DNA of 64,000 nucleotides from Octopus vulgaris (GCA_951406725.2 OX597823.1:22196001-22260000), one strand, 5' to 3'. Shown: positions 29,221-41,149, counted from the stretch's first letter. Program-made: numbers and translations. The notes: generated from the sequence alone by a model not told the origin.

Positions 29221-29568
29221 GGTCTCAAATTTTGCCACAAATTGACAGCAATTTTTTGGGAAAGGGATGAGTTGATTACATCGACCACAGTGTTCAACTG
29301 ATACTTATTTTATTGACCACGAAAGGATAAAAGACAAAGTCGACCTCTGCGGAATTTGAACTCAGAAGGTAGTCGCAGACGAAATGTCACTAGACGAAAT
29401 GCTTAGCCGTATTTCGTCTGCCGCTAGGTTCTGATTTCAAATTCTGCTGAGGTCGACTTTGTCTTTCATCCTTTCGGGATCGATAAATTAAGCACCAGTG
29501 AAACAGTGAGGTAGATATAATCGACTTAATCCCCTCCCCCAAGCTGCTCTTTTGGCAAAAATTTGAAA

Positions 29569-29570
<2 letters not shown>
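29221..29570. mobile_element. Two SINE family 1 copies in inverted, head-to-head arrangement
   Basis: Minus copy 29221-29387 and plus copy about 29392-29570. Each ends outward in a (..gccaaaatttga.a.c) tail plus an (ATT)n tract. Confidence 0.85.
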
Positions 29571-29630
<60 letters not shown>

Positions 29631-29782
29631 ATAAATTTTATCATTGTTGTTGCAATTGTTGACAGAATCATTAGAGAATAGGAAAAATTCCTCCATACGC
29701 TCTAAGTTCAAATCCTGCTGCTGGGGTTAATCTTGTCATTTATCATTGCAGGTTCCATAAAATATCAGTCAAGCTGATGATA

Positions 29783-30305
29783 TTCTTTTCTACTCTAGGC
29801 ACAAGACCTGAAATTTTGGGGGAGGGGGAACAGTCGATTAGATCGACCCAGTACGTAACTAGTACTTAATTTATCGACCCTGAAAGGATGAAAGGTAAAG
29901 TCGACCTCGGCGGAATTTGAACTCAGAACATAAAGACAGACGCAATACCGCTTAGCATTTCGCCTGGCGTGCTAACGTTTCTTATTTCTTTATTGCCCAT
30001 AAGGGGCTAAACACAGAGAGGACAAACAAACGGATTGAGTCGATTATATCGACCCCAGTGCATAACTGGCACTTATTTAATCGACCCTGAAAGGATGAAA
30101 GGTAAAGTCGACCTCGGCGGAATTTGAACTCAGAACATAAAGACAGACGAAATACCGCTTAGCATTTCGCCTGGCGTGCTAACGTTTCTTATTTCTTTAT
30201 TGCCCATAAGGGGCTAAACACAGAGAGGACAAACAAGGACAGACAAACGGATTGAGTCGATTATATCTACCCCAGTGCATAACTGGTACTTATTTAATCG
30301 ACCCC
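29783..30305 (-). mobile_element. Multimeric SINE family 1 with a recent tandem duplication of about 208 bp
   Basis: About 29873-30080 and 30081-30303 are nearly identical, including private variants (ccctgaaagg, ggtaaagtc, cataaagac). Confidence 0.85.
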
Positions 30306-30650
30306 GAGTTCAAATACCACAGAGGTCGACTTTGCTTTGTATCCTTTCAGGGACAACACAGTAATTACCAGTCAAGTACTGGGATCGATGCAACTTGATT
30401 ACCCATCTACTCAGAACTACTGGCCTCGAGCTAAAATTAGAAAGAGCTATTTATTCCGACTCTTTATATTCTTAGTTTTGATCCTGGAGACCTGGGAGAA
30501 AAATTGACTTGTCAGATGTCAATAAAATTAATTAACAGTGAAATCGGGGATCAATTTAATCGAGTAGCCATTCCCTCAAGTTTCAAACTTAGTAACTCTA
30601 TTAGAAACAGTAAATACTATTGTGTTACACTTGTAATTATTTAGGTTTTC

Positions 30651-31345
30651 TAAGGCGGCGAGCAGGCAGAATCGTTAGCACATGGGGCGAAATGCTTAGC
30701 ATTATTTCGTCCGTCGCTACGTTCTGAGTTCAAATTCCGCCGAAGTTGACTTTTACCTCTCATCCTTTCGGAGTCGATTAATTAAGCACTAGTTACGCAC
30801 TGGGGTCGATGTAATCGACTTATCTCCTTCCCGCGAATTCCAGACCTTGTGCCTATAATAGAAAGGATTATTTCGGTTTTCTAAGGCGGTGGGCTCGCAG
30901 AATCGTTAGCAAGTCGGACCAAATGCTTAGCGGTATTTCCTTTGTCTTCAGATTCTCTGTTCAAATTCCGTCGAAGTCGTCTTAGCCTTTTATCCTTTCA
31001 GTTTCGATGAAATAAGTACCAGTCGAGCACTGGGGTCGGTGATATCAACTTACTACTTCCCCTAAAATTCTTCACCTTGTGCCAAAACTTGAAACCATTA
31101 TTAAGGATTTCCAAAGCAGCGACCCGGTAGAATCGTTAACACCCCGGGTAAAATGCTTCGTGACATTACGTCTGTCTTAACGCTCTGAGTTCAAATTCCA
31201 TCGAGGTCGACCTTTTTCTGTCTTTCTTTCTTTCTTTCAGGATCGACAAAATAAGTACCAAGCATGTAGTGGGGTTGATATAATTGAGCATCCCCCATCC
31301 CCAAATTTCAGGACTTGTGCCTATAGTAGAAAGGATCATTTGGGG
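30651..31345 (+). mobile_element. Three head-to-tail SINE family 1 copies, about 230-bp period
   Basis: Heads at about 30653, 30884 and 31113. Each has an A box, a GTTCAAATTCC B box, the core and a tail. Confidence 0.88.
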
Positions 31346-31759
31346 TTTCTGAGAAGTGGTGAACCTTTTCTTATCTTACATGTAATATAATAAATGACAT
31401 CTTTAAAAATATGTATACAAATACCTAAATTGAACAAATACTTTCTCAGAGGCCTTAACAACATTCAGAGAAACGTGAATTACTAAGTTCTAATTTTGTT
31501 TTCTATAAAGGGTATTCTGTGTATCATTGCAGTTATACCCATTCCAGACGGGATGGATATATATTAATGTGTCTACTACAATATTGTCAGTCAGTGTAGT
31601 TCCTTCCACTTTTCAGTATACTTCCGCATAACACTAAAAGCATTGTTAATTGTCGAAACGCTATTTCTATTAGGATAGAAAATGTTCGTCTTATAATCTA
31701 TAACGTATAATAAAATCCTTTTATAATTTTCCTATATCAATATCTGTGAATGTGAGCAG

Positions 31760-31795
<36 letters not shown>

Positions 31796-32379
31796 ATATA
31801 TATATATGCACATTCATCGTTAATAGAGCATGCACACGCACATATTTATTATTAGCGATATATTATTAAGGATAGAAAAATAAGTCAGAAGATGGTAGTT
31901 ATATTTTTCTTTCTTTATTCATTTATAATACATATATACAAATTTTAGGTTTTCTTTAGGGAGCGATAGAAAACTGCTTTTCATTTTTTTTTATTTTCTG
32001 TGTCTTGTCCTGGAAGGCCGATCTTTGTATATATATATTTGTGGTAAACGCAAAAAATTCACTCCATGGCCTGTGAAAAATCCCCGCTCTGCCTAATTGT
32101 TGAGGTGACATTAAAATAACTTTCTTTCTTTCGTAAGGACAGAAAATGACTTAGTGGGCAACACAAATTAGGTCAATTTAGCATTGGTCAGCAGCTGTCA
32201 GGAGAGTCTCTGTCGTGTCTTATCCGATACTATTAGTGCTAGTAAAAAGTATCTCACTGTGATATTGGGATATCGTACTTAATTCTCCTTAGTGGTTGTA
32301 TAGAATTTTTCTCATAATTAAAATTACTAGAAATCCATATTGTAGAGTTGAGCTTTGGTCACGACTTCCGGGTTAATGT

Positions 32380-32489
<110 letters not shown>

Positions 32490-32581
32490 CTGATGTAGAA
32501 TAACATTTTTTTCGAAAAAAAAATGTTATCAATGGCCAGCATATTAAAAAATACCTTTAAAGATTAAATTTATAAATAACT

Positions 32582-32860
32582 TATAAAATAAGGGCAAAAG
32601 AAAAATTCTAATGCCAAATATGCTGAAAATAGCCAAAATTGTCAATAACCATTATAATTTATGCGTCTCGAAACAAGCCGATACAAATTTCTAAAAAATT
32701 CCGTTATTACCGTATTGGTCCCAATTTCAGAGTTAATTCATAAGAAATTAGAAATTTCTATCGGCTTGCTTGTTTCGAGACGCATAAATTATAATGGTTA
32801 TTGACAATTTTGTCTATTTTCGGCATATTTGGCATTAGAATTTTTCTTTTGCCCTTATTT

Positions 32861-32864
<4 letters not shown>
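32582..32864. repeat. Long inverted repeat: arms 32582-32693 and 32749-32864, 55-nt loop
   Basis: The arms are reverse complements with about 3 substitutions and one 4-nt indel (aagc). Confidence 0.93.
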
Positions 32865-32926
<62 letters not shown>

Positions 32927-33234
32927 TATGCATATACATATGTTTACATATATGTGTGTATGTATATATATATATATATGCTCTAGACTCACAGTTGTCT
33001 AATACTTTTGTCCATGCACCATGACTTGGCGTTTGGACACACTTGCATTTCCATTTTTCTCTTTCTCCATTCTATTCTCCCTGTTTATAATATTTTGGGG
33101 AAGAAGAATGAATACTTGAAATTCTCAAGATATCTAACACCTACCCACCCGTCATAATTTCTTAAGCGTTAAACCTTTACCAATTCTATGTGTATTTTTT
33201 ACTTCTTTACTCGTCTTTGCATTCTAAATTTCGT

Positions 33235-33271
<37 letters not shown>

Positions 33272-33275
<4 letters not shown>

Positions 33276-33460
33276 AGAGTTTACGAAAAAAACAACAAAA
33301 GACGAAGACAGGTGGTGTACAGAACAAACAGATGTATTAGTATAACGCTCAGGAATAGAAAAAGTCTTTTACGTTTCGAGCCTACGCTCTTTTACAGAAA
33401 GGGACACAGAAAACAAGGAGAGAAAAAAATGTGTCTAGTGGCTAACGATCTATCATGGCA
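33272..33460 (-). mobile_element. Penelope-like terminal repeat fragment with a degenerate hammerhead-like motif
   Basis: Minus strand ctgtaaaaGAGCgtagGCTCGAAACGTa gives stem II, GAAA and an ACGT palindrome, but the CUGANGA box is non-canonical. Confidence 0.45.
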
Positions 33461-34430
33461 ACAACAAAAATCTAAATTTTGGACATAGTCAGAGTTCCGT
33501 GTGTATTGCCATGGGTGATTCATATTACATGTGAGTGAATGTTCCGCAGGCCGTAATAGAAGGAAGTACAGTGTCACACGTACGAAAGACGGCATTGGCA
33601 TAAATATGGAGAAAGAAGCCTATTATTAACAACATACGTACCTATCAACACAAGGAATATTGGTGAAACATTTCCATCATAACTTCCGATAAATGCAGAC
33701 ATAACAAGCCTGGTATGATTGTTTGAGACAGAAAAGAAAAATTATGTTCTATTATAGAGGTCAGCTACCCTACATATGTGAATATTTCTTCCAAAATCAG
33801 AATGGGAATACCTACAGAGAAATGCTTCGAAACTTGCAGTTTCTTTTCTCTGATTATAAATTACTGTTTATCCCTATTACTGGTGCACTAGGTTACTTTA
33901 CTAAGTATGTAAGTTACCATCATTCCAAGCTTGGCTTGTAAAACATGGTAACCAGCTAACGCGAACTTTTGGCAGCGCAGTTGAAATAGGAAATATTTTT
34001 GTAAAATTCAACATGTAAGATTCCTCGTTTATCTTATTGAAATTGCTGTGGTGAATCTTGTTTCTTTCTAAGAGTTCAGCTCTTTCTTTATAGGAAAACT
34101 TCAAAGAGTTATAAAAAAATGTAAGGTAAGAAACATATACATACATACATACATACATATATATATATACATACATACATAAATGCATGCAAACATACAT
34201 ACATACATACATACATACGTTCGTACATACACTCATATATAGACACGTACTACATACATTCATATTTACATATACACAGTAACGGCTTCATAGACCTTTC
34301 CTACAATCACACACACTCACATGTACGCATATATGTATGTATGTACGTATGTATGTATGTATGTATGTATGTATGTATGTATGTATGTATGTATGTATGT
34401 ATGTGTGTGTATGTATGTATGTATGTATGT

Positions 34431-34506
<76 letters not shown>

Positions 34507-34740
34507 GTTGATAGGCTGATAGATAGATAGATGTATAGATATATATGTACGTATGTATATATAAATATCATAACTTTATCAGCTAAAGGGCAAAATTAAT
34601 CAGATAAATAAATCATTACCTTCAAATTGTAGAAAGGTCAAAATATTCTGACAAAAATATGTGAAAAAAATGTGGAAGAGATTGGATGGTTTTATGAATT
34701 TTATATTCTCGAATTTGAATGCTTAATATAATTTACTCAC

Positions 34741-34836
34741 CTTGTAGAAATCCAGCAAATTTGCACATAGCTTCTCCAAACATCCAAACTTTATATATAC
34801 TTTGGCTTACTGCTATAGGTATGCACACTACAGTGA
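34741..34836 (-). CDS. GPCR coding exon 2 (96 nt): end of TM2, ECL1, start of TM3
   Basis: Acceptor ttatttatttccAG|TC. Encodes (V)TVVCIPIAVSQSIYKVWMFGEAMCKFAGFLQ(G). Donor CAAG|GTGAGT. Phase 1 at both ends, exactly bridging exons 1 and 3. Confidence 0.95.
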
Positions 34837-34903
34837 CTGGAAATAAATAAAAATAACATTGACATAATTTGTTGACATGTACGTACGTACGTATGTATGT
34901 ATG

Positions 34904-34937
<34 letters not shown>

Positions 34938-35244
34938 TGTATGTATGTATGTATGTATGTATGTATGTATGTATGTATGTGTGTGTGTGCTGTGTCTGTG
35001 TGTGTTCCAATACATACGCGCTTATATATACATATACATGAATACACGCACAATAGACACATGCACATAATCCATACAAATGTACAAAAAATATGTACTC
35101 AATAGGTCATGTGCAGAATATATTCGCGATTTTGTCGATAATGATTCTCACGTACCTTGCTCAGTGGTCTCATGACATGTAGAGTCACAAATGATGTAAT
35201 TGCTAAGTTGCAAAGATATAAACACTCCGAGATGATTATTATTA

Positions 35245-35755
35245 TTATTATTGAGTGAGAGATCAGTGTTTGCCATCAAAGTGACACTGGGGTAAAATAT
35301 ACGAAGCCCAGTATACCCATCATGACTTCGCGTCTGATAAGAGTACACCAGGCACATGCATCACAACCATATGTGCGCGACATGGTGATCTCATATCAAG
35401 ATAAACAGCACATGGCTTCGCAAGTGGCGCCCAGTTAGAATTTTCTTCTGGTCGAGTAACCCATCCCGCTCAAAAGGTCTCTGAATAAGGGCTGTTTAAG
35501 GATGTTGAACGAAACACCCATGTTTCCAGAGGTGAAATATTCAAATCCCAAAGAATCCCTCTCAACACATGGCTATGATGCTCCCCAACTACTTCTGCTC
35601 GTGATTAGAGATGCACATATCGTCAACCACCAAGGGACATGGTCAACAGGTTATGGTCAAACAACTGACAAGCAAATCTGTGGTATTGAGCAGAATATTT
35701 GCTGTAGCTCATGTTTTATACCAAGACAAAACAATGTACATGATAACACTTCCAA

Positions 35756-35757
<2 letters not shown>
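35245..35757. repeat. Longest copy of the (TAA)n-flanked dispersed repeat
   Basis: Matches 21160-21470 and the reverse complement of 61436-61557. (ATT)n on both sides. Confidence 0.8.
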
Positions 35758-35806
<49 letters not shown>

Positions 35807-35840
35807 CATTATTATTACTATTATTATTATCATTATTATT

Positions 35841-36025
35841 CAAGGCAGCGAGCTGGCTGAATCATTAGCGCGCTGGACGAAATGCTTAGCAGTATTTCGC
35901 CCGTCGCTACGTTCTCAGTTCAAATTCCGCCGAGATCGATTTTGCCTGGAAGATTGACGTTGATGTAATCGACTCATCGCCTCCTCCTAATAATGCCTAC
36001 CCTTGTGGAAAAATCTGAAACCATT
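35841..36025 (+). mobile_element. SINE family 1, internally deleted
   Basis: aaggcagcgagctggctgaatcattagc...cagttcaaattccgccgag, tail ccttgtggaaaaatctgaaaccattatt. Confidence 0.8.
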
Positions 36026-36393
36026 ATTATTGTTGTTGTTGTTGTTGTTGTTATTCATACTTGGAGCCCACGATTGAAACAAATTGGTGAGTTTTCTCCA
36101 AATTTGCTCTTCTTTTGCCATTTGCGTCTTCTGAAGTTGTAACTATATTTTTGCGGATGTATCGAGGTTCCCACTGAAAAGATTTTGCTGCTGAAATGCC
36201 TGTTCCGGTTATACATTCTCAATCGAATTTTTCCACAAGATGGCCAGCAGGAGAGTGGTCGTAGGAGAAAATGTTTAAATAAGGGAGTAGTCGTTGGAGA
36301 AAATGCATTAAGTTCCTCATGCTTAAGCGACCCCACATATAGCAGTTAACCCTGTCAGTTGTTGTTGTTATTCTTCTTCTTCTTCTTCTTCTT

Positions 36394-36455
<62 letters not shown>

Positions 36456-36735
36456 GGCGAATTGTCAGAATTATTAGAGCGCACAAAATACCTTGTGGTA
36501 GTTAGTTCCAGCTCTTTACATTCATTCTATAACCATATCCCTCAGAGATATATAAATGTATATCATTTGATTATGACATTAGTGAGGGTAGTTGAAGTGG
36601 CTGTAATACATGCGAGTGTAAGGAGGGGCAAAATTGTAGAGGGCACACGAGGACTGTGAAGAAAGGATAAGGACTACAGAGTAAGAATGAAAAGTAGAGA
36701 GGGTGAAGAAAGATAGAAAGAAATGTAGGAGGTTA

Positions 36736-36966
36736 GGCGGCGAGCTGGCAGAAACGTTAGCACGCCGGGCGAAATGCTTAGCGGTATTTCGTCTGCGTTA
36801 CGTTGTGAGTTCAAATTCCGCCGAGGTCGACTTTGCCTTTCACCCTTTCGGGGTCGATAAATTAAGTACCAGTTACGCACTGGGGTCGATGTAATCGACT
36901 TAATACCTATGTCTGTCCTTGTTTGTCCCTTCTGTGTTTAGCCCCTTGTGGGTAATAAAGAAATAG
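36736..36966 (+). mobile_element. Well-preserved tRNA-derived SINE family 1 with Tx1-like tail
   Basis: Head GGCGGCGAGCTGGCAGAAACGTTAG (A box), GAGTTCAAATTCC (B box), central GTCGACTTTGCCTTTCACCCTTTCGGGGTCGATAAA and tail ...ccccttgtgggtaataaagaaata. Confidence 0.9.
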
Positions 36967-37767
36967 GTTAGAGAGAAGGAAAAGGAAAGACTAGAAAAGA
37001 AAGGGGAATAAAAAGAAGAAAAAAGTGTGTACTAAATGTAGTGAGGTTTGAAGGAATAAGTAAAGGTGAAAAAAGAAAACAATGAAAGAGGAGAAAGAAT
37101 GAATGAAAGGAAGCTAGGCATGAAAGAAACAACATTTTAACAGAAAAGAAATAGAGTGAGTAGAAAATGAGAAAAAGAGATAGACAGAGATGGGAAGACG
37201 AACAGTGTAAACTGTGACGGATTTAGCTACATCAAAATACTGCATTCATTGATGGTGAAGTGAGGTCAGTTAACATAGGAAAGGGGAAGAGGGGGTTGAT
37301 TTGTTGAAGAAAAGCAGACTTTAAACAGGGAGGGAAATGTGGGGTGATAGATAATATATAAGGTGTGTGTCTGAGGGGGATAAAGGATAAAGCGGACGTA
37401 TGAGGAACTGGCACTGTAGGGGTAAGGTGGAGTATGCAGATAACTACAGTAAAAAGTATTTAGGGAATAAATAGATAAATAAATAGGTTTGTTAAAATTA
37501 GAAGCAAATATTCCACAAAAGAATAAATAAATAAATAGTTAGGGCAAAATTGAAGACGGAATTAATGGTATTTCGGTGTGAGCACGAGTCCATTTTATCC
37601 AAGGCCCTTTATGTGACCTGTGTTCTACTTTATCAACTCCAGAAGAGGAGAAAGCAAAGTTTAACACCAGAGGGATTCCGAAATTAGAATGATTAAAAAA
37701 TCAGGGCGTTATGTTCGGCGTTTCAACGATTAAACCGTAACGAAATAAGAAAATTAATAATAAATAT

Positions 37768-37922
37768 TGGCTTCAAATTTTGGCACAAGACCAACATGTT
37801 CGGAGCGAGAACGGAGAATTAAGGCGACTACATCGACCCCAGCGTTCAGCCGGTACTTTTTTTTTATCGACCTCGAAAGGATGAAAGGCAAAGTAGACCT
37901 TGGTGGCATTTGAACTCAGAAC
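37768..37922 (-). mobile_element. SINE family 1, 3' part
   Basis: Reverse complement of the B box, core and cttgtgccaaaatttgaagcc tail. Confidence 0.75.
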
Positions 37923-37924
37923 TG

Positions 37925-38070
37925 GAATCGATTTTTGTAATTTTTTTCAAGACTTATACACGCCCTGATACCGTCGGTATCTACATATCAAATTTGAGCG
38001 CAATCGGATGGAGGATGCCCGAGATCCTAGAAGACACACACACAGACAGACAGAACAGATTTATATATAT
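37925..38070 (+). mobile_element. Possible non-autonomous Helitron/Helentron (DINE-1/HINE-like) 3' end
   Basis: aaatttgagcgcaatcggatggaggatgcccgagat followed by (CA)n(CAGA)n and tttatatatata, a layout recalled from HINE-like elements. Not verified by alignment. Confidence 0.45.
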
Positions 38071-38360
38071 AGGAGCAGGAGTGGATGTGTGGTAAGTAGC
38101 TTGCTTGCCACTCAGCCACTCCTGCGCCTATATATATATGTGTGTGTGTGTTTGTGTGTCTGTGTTTGTCCCCCCTAACCATCGTTTGACAACCGATGCT
38201 TGTGTGTTTACGTCCCCTTCACTTAGCGGTTCGGCAAGAGAGTCCAATAGAATAAGTACTAGGCTTACAAAGAATAAGTCCTGGGGTCGATTTGCTCGAC
38301 GAAAGGCGGTGCTCCAGCATGGCCGCAGTCAAATGACTGAAACAAATAAAAGGATAAAAT
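38071..38360 (+). mobile_element. SINE family 2 pieces (inverted heads plus 3' body)
   Basis: Head ggagcaggagtggatgtgtggtaagtagcttgc and body ttgacaaccgatgct..ttagcggttcggcaa..gctccagcatggccgcagtcaaatgactgaaacaa match the copy at 50187-50547. Confidence 0.8.
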
Positions 38361-38579
38361 AATATATATGTGTGCGTATGTGTGTGTGTAGTATATGCTA
38401 CACACCCATACAAACATACATAACATACATAAACACACGCATATATATACACATATATACATGCCAGTTTTGTGTATGTTATGTATCCATGTACGTCAGT
38501 CGACATACATCAGAATTGTTGATCTCCCAATTTCAGTATATAGATAGTGTGGTACTTAATGCAAACATACTAGCTTGAT

Positions 38580-38758
38580 TTCAAATGTTAGCACATAGCC
38601 AGAAGTTTTGGGAGAGGGGCTAAGTCGACTAGATCAACTCAAGTTGCTCGACTGGTACATTTGAACTCGGCGGCATTTGAACTCAGAGCTTAGAGGCAGA
38701 CGATATGCCGCTAAGTATTTTACTCAGCATGCTAACGATGATGCCAGCTCGCCGCCTT
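38580..38758 (-). mobile_element. SINE family 1, core deleted
   Basis: Ends ..tgctaacgatgatgccagctcgccgcctt (reverse complement of the head) and contains atttgaactc. Confidence 0.75.
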
Positions 38759-39320
38759 AATCTCAACTTAAATATACTACAAAATTCTGTTGTGTCTGGG
38801 GAGAGTCATTTTCTTTTTGTGCCTATTAATTTTTCTTTTTTTTTTTGTATGTAAGAATATGGATATAAAAATAAACAGATCAACATACAGACGGATAGAT
38901 ACATAGGTTATAAGAACAGACAAGCACACATACGCAAATGGAGACTGAAACACATGGCCATATATACACACACACACACTTTACTCCACACAAGGACACA
39001 TATGGAGACACGGATCCACACATATAGAGATGTACATCCATCCATACATACAAACATGGTACATAGTTGCATAACACATGCACGCACAAGGAGATAGAAG
39101 TGCATACATATACAAACACACGCTCACACACATACACGGACATGCAAGCACATGAATATGAGATGCACACACATACATACATATATACATATGCATACAC
39201 ACACATATATACATACACACATGCATACATACATACGTACATGCATGCATGCATAGGTATACATACGCACATTAAACCACACACATGCGCACAAACAAAC
39301 AAAAAGGAACGCAGTGTAAA

Positions 39321-39525
39321 TAACGGACAGAGTCAAGACTAATGAAAAGGTTGCAAGACGCAACCAAAATTTTAGGAAAATAAATACGTGGAAACTTTAC
39401 CGGTGAGAGTGTTAAGTTATAAGGCACAAAAAAGAAAATGACTCTCCCCAGACACAACAGAATGTGCTTCAACACACGAACTCACATAAAGAATCTTGCA
39501 AACCAAATCCCCAAAATGAAGTATA
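39321..39525. repeat. Second copy of the 19853-20066 repeat, with a partial inverted copy at 38782-38824
   Basis: By-eye alignment. attctgttgtgtctggggagagtcattttctttttgtgcct is the reverse complement of 39422-39463. Confidence 0.85.
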
Positions 39526-40037
39526 CTACAACAGTTTTAAGCTTTGCTTATTTTCACGCATCTTAGACATCAGCCAGTTCGAGCCAAGTTCTGAACTGAA
39601 CTTATAGAAATCTGATTCAGTACGAATATTTGCAATTCAGCATGCCATATCTAGAGCTTTATGCCAACCACACTAATGCACTTCTTCTCCTTCTTCTTAT
39701 TCTTCTTCTTTCTTTCTTTTCTTCTTCCCTCTCTTTCAATTCGTTTTATCAACTCATATATTGTTGTCATATCTAAACGGATTACCGCTGAAAAATAATT
39801 CGACATTAAATCAAATTCTGTTAATTATACAGAATTTGCCTACATGATATTTATCGCGCTCACTCCAAAAGATGGACACATGCATATCAATGTTATTAAT
39901 AACGATGAAGCTCACAGCTTGACGATGGCTCTAAACGGCGAAACCTCAGAATTTCTCTATTCTATGAAAAATAATCCCATATCCTAGATTTATATTGAGT
40001 ATTTCATCAGATAACACTTGATTGTCTTCATATACAA

Positions 40038-40103
<66 letters not shown>

Positions 40104-40650
40104 TGTATATATGTATGTACATATATAAATGTATATACACACAGCCACACGCTTATCTGCAAGTCTTTGCGGTCCAAATCAGAGGTGCAATCTATGTGGG
40201 TTCTTTTCAGAACATCGACTGGTTTAAAAAGCCACATCAGACACCATGATGGTGATAAGGTGTAGATACAGGAGGCGTGTGTGGTGTGACAGGTACACAC
40301 AGCACCACTCACACGTACACACATATATGAATTTAACTATTTGATGTAAATGAGACTTGTAACTTACAATCACATTTGTGTATAATATTGAAGGTTAGTG
40401 TGGGATCAATAGGATGCCGAAAGGAAAATTAACAGGTGTTGAATACGTGAAGTTTGTACTTGTACACAACTGTAAACTCTACGTCTTCACTGGGCCGGAA
40501 GGGTCGCTGATAATATTACATGCACATACATCTAACCATAAGGGTTTTGGCAATCACGTTAATTAATATCAGATACCAAATATGTCAAGTAGAGAGTAAA
40601 TTAATTCATTCAATGATGACTCTTACGCTACTGTAATGTTGCAAACTTGG

Positions 40651-40720
<70 letters not shown>

Positions 40721-41002
40721 CGTGTGTGTGCATGATCAAGCTTCAGAGCAATCTCTGTCCATCAAATTGAATTTATAAGTTCATCCAATGGTTGCAGGAG
40801 ATAACATTCATGTGAGGAGCCCTAAGGATGTATGTATAATCGTTAGCGCTTTCATGCTTTTCACAGGCTCCAATCTTTAAACTTCTCGTATAGACAGCGC
40901 CATTGTCTTCAAGTGTATTTGTAGATCAAAATAAACTCTTTATTATGCTTCTGATCTATATTTAGCAAACCACTTACAAGATAGGTATATAGGGAAACAT
41001 TG

Positions 41003-41037
<35 letters not shown>

Positions 41038-41087
41038 ACTCTACGTTCAGATCCCACAGTAATCAACTTTGTACACACACAAATATC

Positions 41088-41134
<47 letters not shown>

Positions 41135-41149
41135 TAGTCGAAAGACACC

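Noticed and set aside
30636-31355. CRISPR-like array
   Set aside because: Eukaryotic context, no cas genes, and the long units are homologous SINEs rather than unique spacers.
36736-36825. tRNA gene
   Set aside because: A and B boxes are present, but the sequence continues into a multi-copy SINE body and I cannot build a proper cloverleaf. The same applies to the other SINE heads.
39915-39950. Hammerhead-like ttgacga...gcgaaacctc
   Set aside because: Core C3 is missing and stems II and III do not pair convincingly.
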